Below, piece by piece: positions 36,962-49,247 of a stretch of DNA of 64,000 nt; the stretch's first letter is position 1, and each line of letters opens with the position of its first letter. Under the pieces are notes generated by a model, which was not told where the DNA came from, did no database searches, and saw only the letters and a list, made by a program, of their open reading frames with translations. Position numbers and translations under genes: made by a program. The stretch comes from Octopus vulgaris (lineage: Eukaryota): positions 76,446,001 through 76,510,000 of the forward strand of contig OX597818.1 in NCBI GenBank assembly GCA_951406725.2. Reading direction: 5' to 3'.

Positions 36962-38614
36962 GTGTGTACCAATAACATCTGGAAACGTTTCTTTCACCAA
37001 AGTCTGAAAACCAGAACAGCAACCAAGCATCGCCGGAGCACCATCGGTGCACATCCCAATAACAGGCTCCCACCTAATACCATGCGCATTGAAAAATCGG
37101 TCAACTTTGACAAATATTTTCTTTGCAGTTATCTTGGTACTTAGGCTTTCGCAAAACAAGAAATCGTCATCAAGGTGCTTGTCATGTACACAACGAACAT
37201 AGACGCAAAGTTGGCGACATCCGTCGTTTCATCAAATTAGATTGCAAAAAATTTTTGGGTAGCAAAAAATTTTTTGGCAGCAGTTATTTTCCTCAAAACC
37301 TCCTAAGAGGCCTTCAGACCAGTCGTAATGTCTTGCGAAAACATTCCCATGTCATCAAGTCTGGACCCAATCAATCTTTCAGCTTTGCATTTGAAGAAGT
37401 CTGCATCTTTGTGAGTTGAACTGGGGTGCTTAGTTTCCAAGTGTCTCTTTAACCTACTGGGCGTTAGTGAAGTTGTTGCCAACGCTTCGGAGCAAAAAAC
37501 ACACTGCGGTTTCTCTTCTCCACCAGAATTTATCACAGTAAAACCGATATTCAAATATGATTCGTCATATCTTATCTTTTTGGAGGCATTCTGAAGGCGA
37601 AAACAAAATATAATGTAATATAATGTAACTATAACCTGAAGACGGACATTTTCAATGTACATCACTTAATTAGGTATTTTGAAAACAATTGAACAAATGA
37701 CAAACATGGAAATATGCACACACAAAATAAAAAATATGCATTAGTTAAAAATCATATTCGGCACTCTAATTTTTCACTATTGTTTGCGGATAATAAAATG
37801 CTATCTGGAGCCCGAAATTTGGTCAATGAATACTAAAAGAAAAGACTTACTGGAATGATTGGGGTAACAACCGGTGTCATGGAGGATGTAAACAGAGAAA
37901 GAAACGTCCGCAAAACAGAGGTGAAATAATTTCTAACTGAATTTTTTAGCAGCCTATAACAATCCCAATAATTTAATAGAATACAAAATAACACTTCGGC
38001 AAGAAGATACGTCTGTATTTAAGAAAAACCAAGTGTATTGTGTTTTTTATGCGTGATGCGTGTCTGATTACAAAACGTGTAAGAACGAGTCATATGAAGG
38101 GAACTTGGATGCGCATTAATGGTATTCGCGAAGGGGGGGAATCAGACAGTGGTGATATTGATGAAAATCTAAAAGTCAGTGATGATATTGATGATGAACT
38201 TTGTCAATAACACATAGCCATACTAACTGAATTCCAGAAGAATCAAGAATCAGGCATTGATGGGCAGAGCAGACGTGTGTAGTCAAGGATGACTAAGGAT
38301 ATTGTGTCATTAAGAGAAAGGGTTCTTTGGCCGAGTTGACTTTGAGGTCACAAACGAGAGAGAGGCTAAAAAGGTCACGCAACTGAGTCAGCATAACTAG
38401 ACCAGGAAAAAATTCACTCAAGAGGAAACATGCAATAAGGTCAATAACACAAAGAGAAATGTGAATGGTAGGTTTATCCTTCATTAAATCCCATCACAGG
38501 AGGATAAACAAATAAATTGCGTACATTCTCAATACAACTTTCCATCTCTTAATGTAGGTCGCAAGACTCGGTGTTTCGGTGGGGTTTTTTTTCTCAGAGC
38601 TATGGTGACTTACT

Positions 38615-41600
38615 TGTGGGATGACGTCAGTGGCTGGGGAGCTGACTGGAAGAGGGCGTAGGTAATGCGCACACAGGCGGGCGAAGACTGCGCCTTTTTC
38701 GATCGAGAAAGCCTTAAGTGCAGGACGTGTCAGTGCTTCATCAAGGTAAGAGAAAGCAGCTGCTATTTTTAGAGTTTCAGGACGAGCCACGTGAAAGGAT
38801 ACGTTACCACCCGACAGGTTTGCGCCAACGAAGAGATGGTAGGTGTCTTACTTCTAATCTCCCGCATTCACTACAAGCTATTTCGGCACTCCACATAAGA
38901 CGTCACCACGATGGCAGCTAAAATTAGGATCGCCAGCGACGTTATCAGGCTCTTTAATGGTGAAGGCGATGTAGTGGCCTGGATGCGTAAAATCAAGCTT
39001 GTGGCGAGATTGCAAGGCATTAGCGACGTGGAGAGCTTTATGGCACTATATTTGGAAGGGAGCGCATTGACTCTATATCTTGAGATGGATGAAGAGCGAC
39101 TGAGCGAGAAGATTGAGTGACGTCTGTGAGAGGCTTACACCGAGTGTAAGTATACAGCCATTGTTAAACTGGGAACGATTAGATGGACAGGAGAGCAGGT
39201 AGATGAATATGCGACGGAGGTGCGTAGGCTGGCCACCCTGGCTGAGTTTACGGGAGGAGGCCCGGGCAGAGCAGCGCGACTGGCATTCGTGAGTGGGTTC
39301 CCTGACGACGTAAGAATTCGACTGCAGCAATTACCCGGGGGCAAAAAGAAGGCGTTGAGCGAACTTGTAGCTCAAACTCGCGTATTGACACGAAACACTG
39401 GAGGGAAGGCGATAGCGATGGCGGTAACGGAGGCGCATAATGACGGACGACGGCTGGAGAAAGATACGAAGAAGCATACCATTCAACGACAGCGGCCGTT
39501 CTCAGGCCGGTGTTTTAAATGTCAGAGATCACACATGGCGAGGAAGTGTACGCAACCGGGGCCTGTCTGCTTTCGATGCAAGCAGACAGGGCACGTCATC
39601 CGTGATTGCGACCAAGGAAATGGCCGTGGGAAATTGCTACCTTTCGAACTCTCTCCGCAAACGCGTAGAGGCGCTTGTGGAGATGCTGCCCATAATTGAT
39701 GTCGAGGCTGAGGGGAAGACGTTCAACGACCTCGTGGATACGGGTTGAACGTCCTGGCGGTCGATGGCAGCGAAATCCGATGCAAGGGCAGCAGCAATGT
39801 AGAGAAGGCGGTGCAAGGCGCGACGCTAAGGCTGCAAGTAATCGTGATCGAACACGTGGTAGACGGGGTTGATGTGGTGATGGGGATGGACGCCATCAAC
39901 CGCCTCGGTGGTGTCAGGATTGCAGGAGATGAGGTCACGTTCGGAAACGTGGGGGCGTCGTGCACTGTGAGTCAGGATCGCCAGAGAGAGCAGAGCTCCG
40001 TTAGGGACTGCGCCGCTTACACCATTGAGGAAAAAGATTTTCAGGCGGTGTTCGATGGTCGACGGTGGACGATAGAGTGGCGATGGAAAGACGAGCACCC
40101 GATGCTGAAGAACAGGGTGAGTTACTATCAGCGTACCCTGAAAGGTCACGCCAGGGTCAAGTTCGAAGACAAGGTAGAGAGATGGATCAAGGAAGGAGTC
40201 CTTATCCCGTGGAAGGAGGAGGTGGTGACCGGAGTGCTACCTCTGATGGAAGTGGTGCAGCCGATGAGGGGAAAAGTCAGACCGGTGCTGGACTTTAGAA
40301 AACTGATCGACCATATATCGTGCCACACGGGAGGTGAGGCGACGGACGTTTACGGCGAGACATTACGTGTGTGGAGACAGTCAACCAAGGCAGCGATGAC
40401 TGTCTACTTGAAGTCGGCATATTTGCAGCTCTATGTGAAAGACAAACTGTGGCGATATCAGCTAGTGCGGTACAAAGGCGTGGTTGGGGGAACCGGTGGA
40501 GGCAAAGAAAGGGATAGCTGCGGTGTGTCTCCGAACTGAAGAGACTACATGCTATGCATCATTTGGGGGTGGGTAGGATCCAGTATCTCGCGAAGATGAT
40601 TGATGCCAACGTTACTAGGAGAAGCATCCGGAAAGTGGTCGGGAGCTGTGGCAGGTGCCAGTCCATTGACCCTGCTCCGTGTGGGCATGAGCAAGGAAAC
40701 CTTTCCGTAGAGCACAACTGGAAGAGACTAGCTGTGGATGTGACGCACTACCGTCAGGGAATGTATCTCTCCATGGTCGACTGCGGGCCGGGCCGGATAG
40801 CCATTTGGAGGGAGGTGAGGACGGGCATTGCTGACGAGATTGCGCAGATTTTGAACGGGATATTTTTAGAGAGGGGTCTCGTGGAAGAATTGCTAATGGA
40901 CAACGGAGCGACGTTTCGTTCGGAAGCGTTGAGGGATATGCTCGACCGGTGGAAAGTGCGTCACTTGTTCAGAGCAGCATATAGGCCGAGCGTAGACAGG
41001 CACCATCGAACAATCAAGACCATAGGGGAAAGAGGTCAAATTTCGCCACTGGAAACAGTTTTCTGGTATAACATGTCTCCCCGATCCGGACAAGCTGAAG
41101 AATCTGTGCCACACGGAGCAGTATTTAAATACGAATGGAGGCATCCCAGTAAAGCGCCGGAGGGCCACGAGGAAGAGAAGGAACCCGCCTACGTGAAAAT
41201 AGGGGAGGAAGTTTGGGTTAACCCACCGAAGGCGCGTTGTACGTCTCAATGGAGCAGAAGAACGGTGACGGCGGTCAATTCCAGAAACAACGTGGTAGAT
41301 TGTCGCTTCGTCGGATGACGACTGTGGAGAGGAAGAAAACGAGGTGCCTAGCTTGAGGAGAACTCGACGCATAAGGCGCCCACCTAGTTGGATGGTGGAC
41401 TTCGACGTGGAGTAGTGAGTGTGATTTTTAAGATCAGGGTGGCGTGTGGGATGATGTCAGTGGCTGGGGAGCTGACCGGGAGAGGAAGGGCGCGCACAAG
41501 CGGGCGAAGATTGCGTCTTTTTCGATCGGAGAAGCCGTGAATGTAGGACGTGTCAGTGCTTCGTTAAGGTGAGGGAAAGCAGCTGCTATTTTTAGCGTTT

Positions 41601-41694
41601 CGGCACGGGCCACGTGAAAGGATACGTTACCATCGGACAGGTTTGCGCCAAGGAAGAGAAAGTAGGTGTCTTCTAATCCCCCGCATTCACTATA
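38615..41694 (+). mobile_element. Ty3/Gypsy LTR retrotransposon, older, internally deleted
   Basis: LTRs at 38615-38875 and 41445-41694 (visibly diverged, with indels); TSD ttact/ctact. Gag from 38911 has two zinc knuckles, followed by protease LVDTG, RT start KVRPVLDF..LKSAYLQL, then directly integrase (H..HH..CGRC, AVD, MDNG). Confidence 0.93.
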
Positions 41695-42039
41695 CTACTT
41701 ATACCTAGCTCCACTTGTCTGACAGACGCTTGGATACAGCCTCCGTTGTTATGTTAAGAAGTGTAGCGCAATGGTGGCAATGAGGTTTTTTGCAACCCTT
41801 GTCTGAGCTTAACTCTTGGACCTTCGATTTGAAGTCCACATTAAAGATTGTTCTCTGACAACTTGGCTTTAAAATTCTCTCAGTTCGGTAAACACATTTT
41901 TGGTCAAATAATGGCTCATAAATGCCCAATAATCAGAGTTGCTTCGCGGTCCCCTAGGGGACTGCGGACTCCACTTTAACAACCTAGGCGTTAGAGGAAG
42001 AAGAAAACCTGGTATAACAGTTGTGAATGTAATGTTTTT

Positions 42040-42829
42040 AGTTGCAGTCGAGGATCACCAATTGTGAGGGTTTAACAATAATTGATAAACAATAGGATGG
42101 AACGTCGGAGTCGTCACCAATTGTAACGGCAAAGATTTATTGCAACGACATGTTGTAAGATGTGAAAGATGAACAGTGGTTGAAGTTGTAAAGAGATTCT
42201 AATTTACCGTTACTTAGTATATATTCAAAACCACGACGGGTTGGTATGTATAACTAATAAATGGAAAAGTATGGGAGGTAAAAAGTGTTAATTTCGGCCG
42301 GTATGTGTGTACACGATCTCATAGTAGTATATATAGAGAGATATGGTAATGTTACAGAGAAAAGAAAATGAGTTAGTGAAATTGAGAGTGATGGAACAAG
42401 ACAGCTTCTTCGTTGGTGAGTTACCATAGTTGTCCCTTTTTGCCTTTTCCTTTTGAGACGGCGTTTTGTTCAGCTGGTCCGCCAGACTCGATTCTCACCA
42501 ACTGACTTTGACTTACAGAGTTCTTGCTTTTATAACTATCCAAAACTAGCCAGAAGGATAGACATATTGTTGAGAACAATAGATTTTGTTGGAGGTTTAT
42601 TATATCCATTCCAACCCCTGGTGGTCTAGAAGAAATTAGAAGGGTCAGGTGGCGAAGACATTATTCCGGTTTAGCGAAGGCATCTGGCAAATGTAACTGC
42701 TGTCACTCATAGAAAATCTATTGTTTTATCGTGAGAAAAGTGCTGTTGAACTGTTAAGTGAAATTTGGCGATCGAGGATCGAATTCACGCTCTGCTTGCA
42801 TGAAGCCACTACACAGTGACTCCGTTACT
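42040..42829 (-). mobile_element. LTR (~708 bp, 42122-42829) followed by tRNA-Trp-like PBS; remnant of an LTR element
   Basis: Termini tgtaacgg / ccgttac(t). On minus: TATAAAA (~42530), AATAAA (~42140), then at-tggtgacgactccgacg, resembling TGGTGACCCCGACG. Confidence 0.6.
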
Positions 42830-43294
42830 TCCTAGTAATCTCTGAAGAAAGAATTTTATATTCCAAAATATTAGACTATGAATAATTAAATTATTTCTAG
42901 CAGCTATTATAGTCCACTCTACATTGTCGTACCATTCCAAACACGATACATTTCACAAACAATACACAATGCTTCCAGCGAACTACATACAATACTCTTT
43001 TATACGGAATAATACAAAAATTAGTTATATATTACAGTAAAATCGGCCTATAACAACAAATTCACAGTAAAATTTGCTTGAGCTATTTATTGCCTAAGAT
43101 ATTGCCAAGTCTTCACATTTTTAGTCTTGATCCAATGCCTAGTTTTTACGTAATGAATTTGCCTACTATGTATACTATTCTACTTTCGCTATATTGGGAC
43201 TTCTGGCTGTCATTTTTTAAGTATTCTAGTGTGTCAATATTTTAACAAAATTATGGTACCTTTTAAAATTATAAGACAGTAAGAACAAAACAGT

Positions 43295-44042
43295 AAAAAC
43301 AAACCACTTGGCAAAGATTGACCTTGACCTCTGCTGTGCATGCGCATTAAGATTTAAAGTTCTAGCTCACTTCCGCTGTTTACAGGAAGGTGTGTAGCGT
43401 GTGATCATCGCATTCACCATGACAGAGAAAGTTGCCATGGTGATACCTGCTCAGAGGCCAGCGCAAATTTGCAGAAAGTGTATGGAGAGGAGTGTATGAG
43501 TTGCACACAAGTGTGTCCATGATGGCGGAAAAAATGTCGATACTGACGAACGTTTTGGGAGATCCACAACCAACAGAACTGAGAAAATATCGCAGATCTG
43601 TGAGGGGAAATCTTCGAATCACCATCCGTAAGTTATCAGAGGATGTAAAGATTTGGGTATGAAACGTGTGTCTGCCAAGTTTGTGCCAAAACTGCTTTCA
43701 GCTGACCAAGAAGACACTCGGATTTCAGTTGCACAAGATCTCTTTGATTGTGCCGAGAACAGCGAAAACTTTGTGTAAGCCTCAGAATAGGTATTGCCAA
43801 GCTTTTGACAAAATTTGATGCAGGTTCACTGCTCAACATTCTCTGTCATTGTCAATGCGACGATCACACGCTACACACCTCCCTTCCAAGCACTACGTAA
43901 ACAGCAGAAGTATGCTAGAACGTTAAAACTTAGTGCAAATGCACAGCGGAGTTCAAGGTCAATCTGTGCCAAGTGGTTTTATTCTGCGTGCTTTAAATTC
44001 GTTACTATAACAACAGTCTGAATACTTATTGATCAGACCACG
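43295..44042 (+). mobile_element. Deleted mariner element with long (~190 bp) inverted repeats; left tip missing
   Basis: 43300-43420 is the imperfect reverse complement of 43850-43985. Internal LGMKRVSAKFVPKLL motif; right TIR ..acttattgatcagaccacg|TA. Confidence 0.8.
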
Positions 44043-44090
44043 TATATATATATATATATATATATTATATTATATTATATTATATTATAT

Positions 44091-45556
44091 TAGGGTGATG
44101 CAAAAAAAGGAGTCAGAAAATTCTTTTTTCAATTTTCAGGGAGATACCCTCCAATTTTATTCATATTCCTAAGAAAGCATTGCATACGAAATTTGGGGTT
44201 GAAAAAGAGAAAATTAGAGGTTTAAAAATATATGTATATTGGTTTGTGCTCAAAAATATTGTTTTGTTGAGATTTTCGCTGGAACCTGTTTGATATGTAC
44301 CTAGTTAACCTAGTTTGAAAAAAAAACGATGACATTCTAGGCTTATTGTACGTAGTGAGGTACAGCGTATAGCGAGTTAACTTTTTCATTTGGAAGTTTC
44401 CCCATAGGCATATCATAACCACTTATGTAAGTTTATTTATGTTTCTTGTGAAGCAAGAGTAATGTTTTCTTGTTTTTGTTAGTGTGTTAGTGAGTGAAGA
44501 CCTGTAACTTTTAACAATTTGAAGAAGGTATTGTTTCTGTTCTTCATCATTGGTTATCAGTTTGTTGTATTTATCCATCAGTCATACACCTCTTTCCCCA
44601 ATGTCGTTTACCACTTTGAGTCCATATGCGGTATCTCTTGCATCCCCTTAACTTTCATCAGCAATCCTTTCTTTAACATCTTTTTCAAGACAAGTGCAAG
44701 GGACCTCTAGGATTTCAAAGAATCTTTTTGTGCTGGCAGTAACGAAATCCTGAAGTTGTTTCTGCCCAGCTGTTTGAGGATTTATTGGTGCTCTTTTGCT
44801 CGATTTTCAGTCAACTGGTTTCTGCAGAGCATGCTTCATTTTGTTTTTTGTCTCATGCGAAGCAACTGAATGAAAACATGCAAGCGCCTCAAGCTCCTCG
44901 GGGAGGTACCACAAATGTCTCAAAAACTTATTGAGTGCAGCACTTGCAATTTTGTCATCCTTTTGCTTGTAGAACTGCAGACTTCGCACAAAATGCAAAT
45001 CTGAACGGGGGGGCGCATGAGGGTATGGATGCCAAGTACCTTGATCTGATGTATATCGCAGCTGAAAAGCAGCAAACATCTCTCAGTTTGGTCATCCGTC
45101 GTGCTCTGTGATAAGCTCTGGGTGCTTTAAAGCTGGTTCCCGACTTGGGAGTACTACCAAGGAAAATGAGCGTTCGCTCGAGCAATTCCTTGTAGTCATC
45201 ACGAGGCTGCTGTTCATCAAACTGAGCTTGAACAAATTGAATGATTTCTTCAGCATCTGAGATTTTCTCTGAAATGTTAGGGTCATCTGTTGCGGTTTGG
45301 TAACTGTTCTTGTTAATTTCCACCCACTTTGCTTTGAATCTCTTAAACAGTCAGGGCCAGTAGAACATGGCAAGAAGACAAATGTACAATAAATACTAAC
45401 TGAAAAATTACAATGTACAAAATGTTCAGTGGATGGTAGCAACCTCTAAAAAGTTTTCAGTTGTGCTGAAATTTTGCATGTTGAGTTTTTGCACTAAATT
45501 AAATAAAATTAGAGGGCGTTTCAAGTTTTTGAAATGATAAGTTATTTTGCATCATC

Positions 45557-45559
<3 letters not shown>
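44091..45559 (-). mobile_element. hATm-like DNA transposon, deleted derivative
   Basis: TIRs tagggtgatgcaaaa / ttttgcatcatccta. Transposase motifs QPRDDYKELL, AYHRAR.M and RHLWYL.EEL. Family name is from recall. Confidence 0.75.
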
Positions 45560-45619
<60 letters not shown>

Positions 45620-45701
45620 ATAATAATATTAGGGAATAAATCCAAACTTACAGGGAAAAATTAGATTTAGGATTAAATCCAATTTTATAGTATAAATATA
45701 T

Positions 45702-45859
45702 TATATTATATTAAATTAGAGATAAAACCACAATTAGGCAAATCAAACAGTGAAAAACATAAGCCAATACATAAAATTAATTAATTTTATGTATTGGCTT
45801 ATGTTTTTCACTGTTTGATTTGCCTAATAGTGGTTTTATCTCTAATTTAATATAATATA
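45702..45859. repeat. 158-bp near-perfect palindrome with no spacer
   Basis: Centre aaaattaa|ttaatttt at 45780/45781; 79-bp arms with one mismatch (ccacaattagg vs ccactattagg). Confidence 0.92.
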
Positions 45860-45870
45860 TATATATATAT

Positions 45871-46470
<600 letters not shown>

Positions 46471-46828
46471 GTGTGTGCACGTGTGTGTGCACATGTTCCT
46501 TATGCATTTGAAAACTGAGCTGCCGATTTTGACGAATGGGGTATCAAAACATTCAGTAATCTTTTGGCTACCAAATGAACTTTATTTTCTTTTACATATT
46601 TTCTACGTTATCTGAACAACCAGCTTTAGTTATTTGAAAGACAGTGCTCTACAACGACCAGGTTTCATTAGAATGAGAAAATAGTTTCACACTTTCAATT
46701 TGAACCAAAATTACAAAGTGTTGCATTACGAAAGTGACGATGTGTGAATGATGAAAGTAATGTTTCTCCAAATTAGTCACATCTATATTATAATAAAGAA
46801 AGCTGCTTATCATCTATCTATCTATCTA

Positions 46829-46891
<63 letters not shown>

Positions 46892-47205
46892 GGTGGGGAG
46901 GGGAGGGAGAAAATATTGGGAACGTGTTTTGGGGACAAAATCCTAATCTTCTGTATCGAAAACATAGAAATGGGAAGAAATTTCGGTAAAATATAAGTGG
47001 GGTGTCACCTTGGACATATTAGAAATAACAGGTAAAGGACAGGATTTATGGGAAAACTTCCTTTTAAGTTTATATCGAAGATCAGGTTTTTAAATACGCT
47101 CATCACAAACGCAAATTACAGAATAGGTCATTTCAGTGGGATTTGAGGTGTAATTTTGCACGTGCACTTAGCAAGAAATAACATAATTCATACAGAAGTT
47201 TTACC

Positions 47206-47262
<57 letters not shown>

Positions 47263-47964
47263 TGTGTGTGTGTGTGAGTGAGTGAGTGAGTGTGTGTGTG
47301 TGCATGCATGTGTGTGTGCATGCATGTGTGTGTGCGTGTGCGATTGTGTTTGTGTGTGTGTGCCAAAGGAAGTTATTTTATGGCATTCTTTCACTTGAAG
47401 CAGCAAAATTGTCAACTCAGTCATATAGGATCATGTGATTGTTCATTAATTTCCATAAAAAGTTTTATTTCTTTGTTTTGAAGAGAGCAGAAATTGAAAG
47501 AGAGGAGAAAGTGAAAAGGTGACATTTGCTTTGAAGTGAGAGCAGAAAGTGAAAGGGAGAAGAAAATGAAAGATGTATGTACGTGTATATGAAATGAACG
47601 TGTGTGTTTGTGTGTGTCTGTGTGCATGTGAGAGAGTGATAGAGGGGGAGAGTAAAGATGTGTGTTGTCATGTATGTATTTCTTTGCATGTATGTCTACC
47701 TCAAAACTTGTAGAAAAATGGATGTCTTTTACTGAAATGTTTTTGGTTGTGGCTTATTTTAATACAATATTTATGTGTACATTTTCATAAATGTTTATCT
47801 CAATAAAATTCTACATATGCGTAAAACATCAGACAAAAGTGAGACATTAGAGGCAAATCAAAATATTGCCTGAAAATGACCTCAAAATTGTGCGACCCAA
47901 CCTCGTTTTAGTAATAAAAAAGAGTTGTTATGCCAAAAACATAGTTTATTTGGCAGCTTTTATA

Positions 47965-48933
47965 TTGGGTCATCCCATAAATAATGTGTTTTTTTATACT
48001 TCTTTTATTTTTGAAAATTAAGATAAACAATATTCTTTTTTAATCTAAAATATACTCTCCTTCATTTTCTACAATGCTTTTCCATCTATCTGGTAGATTT
48101 GCAAGGCCCCTCTTCCACTACTGTTCTGACCTCGATACAGAATTCATATTTTTTCCGTCCAAATGATTTTGAAGCTTGCAGAACAAATGATAATCAGATG
48201 GGGCAATGTCTGGCAAATATGGTAGGTGGGGCATTGTTTCCAATTCAAATTACTCCAGCCTTTGGAATGTCATCCTTGCTGTATGTGGCCAAGCATTATC
48301 CTGATGGAAGAATACCTTTTGTCTCGAAATCAAAGATGCTTGACATTTTTATAGAGAATTCATTTCTTATCATCAGCCACTATTTGGTCCAAAAAAGGTT
48401 CATTTGTGAGACCTGACAGCAAAGAACAGCACACATTCACTCTCTGCACGCGATTAGACTCAAAAAGTTTGTGAGGAACCCATTGACCCAGCTTGAGGAT
48501 TTTTTCCGATGGCACGCAGGTGTTGATGAATAGTTGAGTGACCAAATCCAAGCTTCTCTGCTAGTTCCTCAACAGTTGCAATGGGATTTTGTTCCACCTG
48601 GGTTTGCAGGACATCCTCATCGAGCTCTACAGCTCTTCCAGGATGAGGCTTATCATCTAGGCTCTAGTTTCTGACTTGGAATTTCTGGAACCACCATTGA
48701 CACTGGCTTACACTTACTGTCTGATCGCCATATACTGCATTAATATTCTTCTCCCTTTCCTATGCATTGCTGCTTTTATTGAACTCATAATATGCTTTGT
48801 CACTTCAAAACTTGCACTGAGAATAAGTACTAGGTAAAATTATAAGCAAGTTGATGCAGGTAGTTTATCCCATCCCCCTCTGACTTTTAGTTCATGCAAT
48901 TGAAAAAAACGCATTATTTATGGGATAACCCAA
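47965..48933 (-). mobile_element. Mariner transposon, deleted pseudogene
   Basis: TIRs ttgggtcatcccataaataatg / cattatttatgggataacccaa. Motifs KLGQWVPHKL and EPFLDQIVADD, with HQDNAWPH visible at ~48283-48306 on minus. Confidence 0.88.
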
Positions 48934-49146
48934 TGTGTGTGTGTGTGTTTGTCTCCCTGTCATTGCTTGACAACCAATGCTGGTGTGTTTATGTCCTGTG
49001 ACTTAGCGGTTCAGCTGAAGGGACTGTTAGAATAAGTACTAGGCTTACAAAGATTAAGTCAATTTCTTCAAGTAACACCCTTTAAGGTGGTGTACCAGTA
49101 TGGCCGGGGTCAAATGACTGAAACAAGTAAAAGAATAAAAGAATAA
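48934..49146 (+). mobile_element. SINE family A 3' half
   Basis: cattgcttgacaaccaatgctggtgtgtt...gactgaaacaagtaaaagaataaaag. Confidence 0.8.
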
Positions 49147-49152
49147 GGAAGT

Positions 49153-49247
49153 TGATAATGTTCCTAGAAGAAAATGGCCAACTGAACAATACACAGCACG
49201 GCTTTCATCCAGGAAGAAGCTGCTTCACACAACTCCTACGGCACTAT
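49153..49247 (+). mobile_element. CR1-like LINE RT fragment (5' piece)
   Basis: MFLEENGQLNNTQHGFHPGRSCFTQLLRHY carries the QHGF..GRSC motif and stops at the LTR start. Confidence 0.75.

Larger units (their letters stand above)
32432..41988 (-). mobile_element. Buster/Charlie-type hAT transposon (about 3.1 kb once two LTR insertions are removed), pseudogene
   Basis: Ends cagtggttctca / (rc) cctaggttgtta with an 8-bp TSD cgttacag / cgttagag that has a central TA. Transposase motifs: KPQCVFC..LKRHLETKH, DETTDV, CTDGAPAM, THC.IHRQAL, RWLSRG, PFATTYECETTFS. Confidence 0.88.

Noticed and set aside
38100-38260. Acidic reading ESDSGDIDENLKVSDDIDDEL resembling a piggyBac N-terminus
   Set aside because: It is explained by a short tandem duplication (cagtg(g/a)tgatattgatga), with no other piggyBac motifs or TTAA ends.
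34022-41372. Antisense ORFs over the Gypsy elements (and similar ones over the LINEs)
   Set aside because: Shadow ORFs of coding sequence on the opposite strand with no independent motifs.
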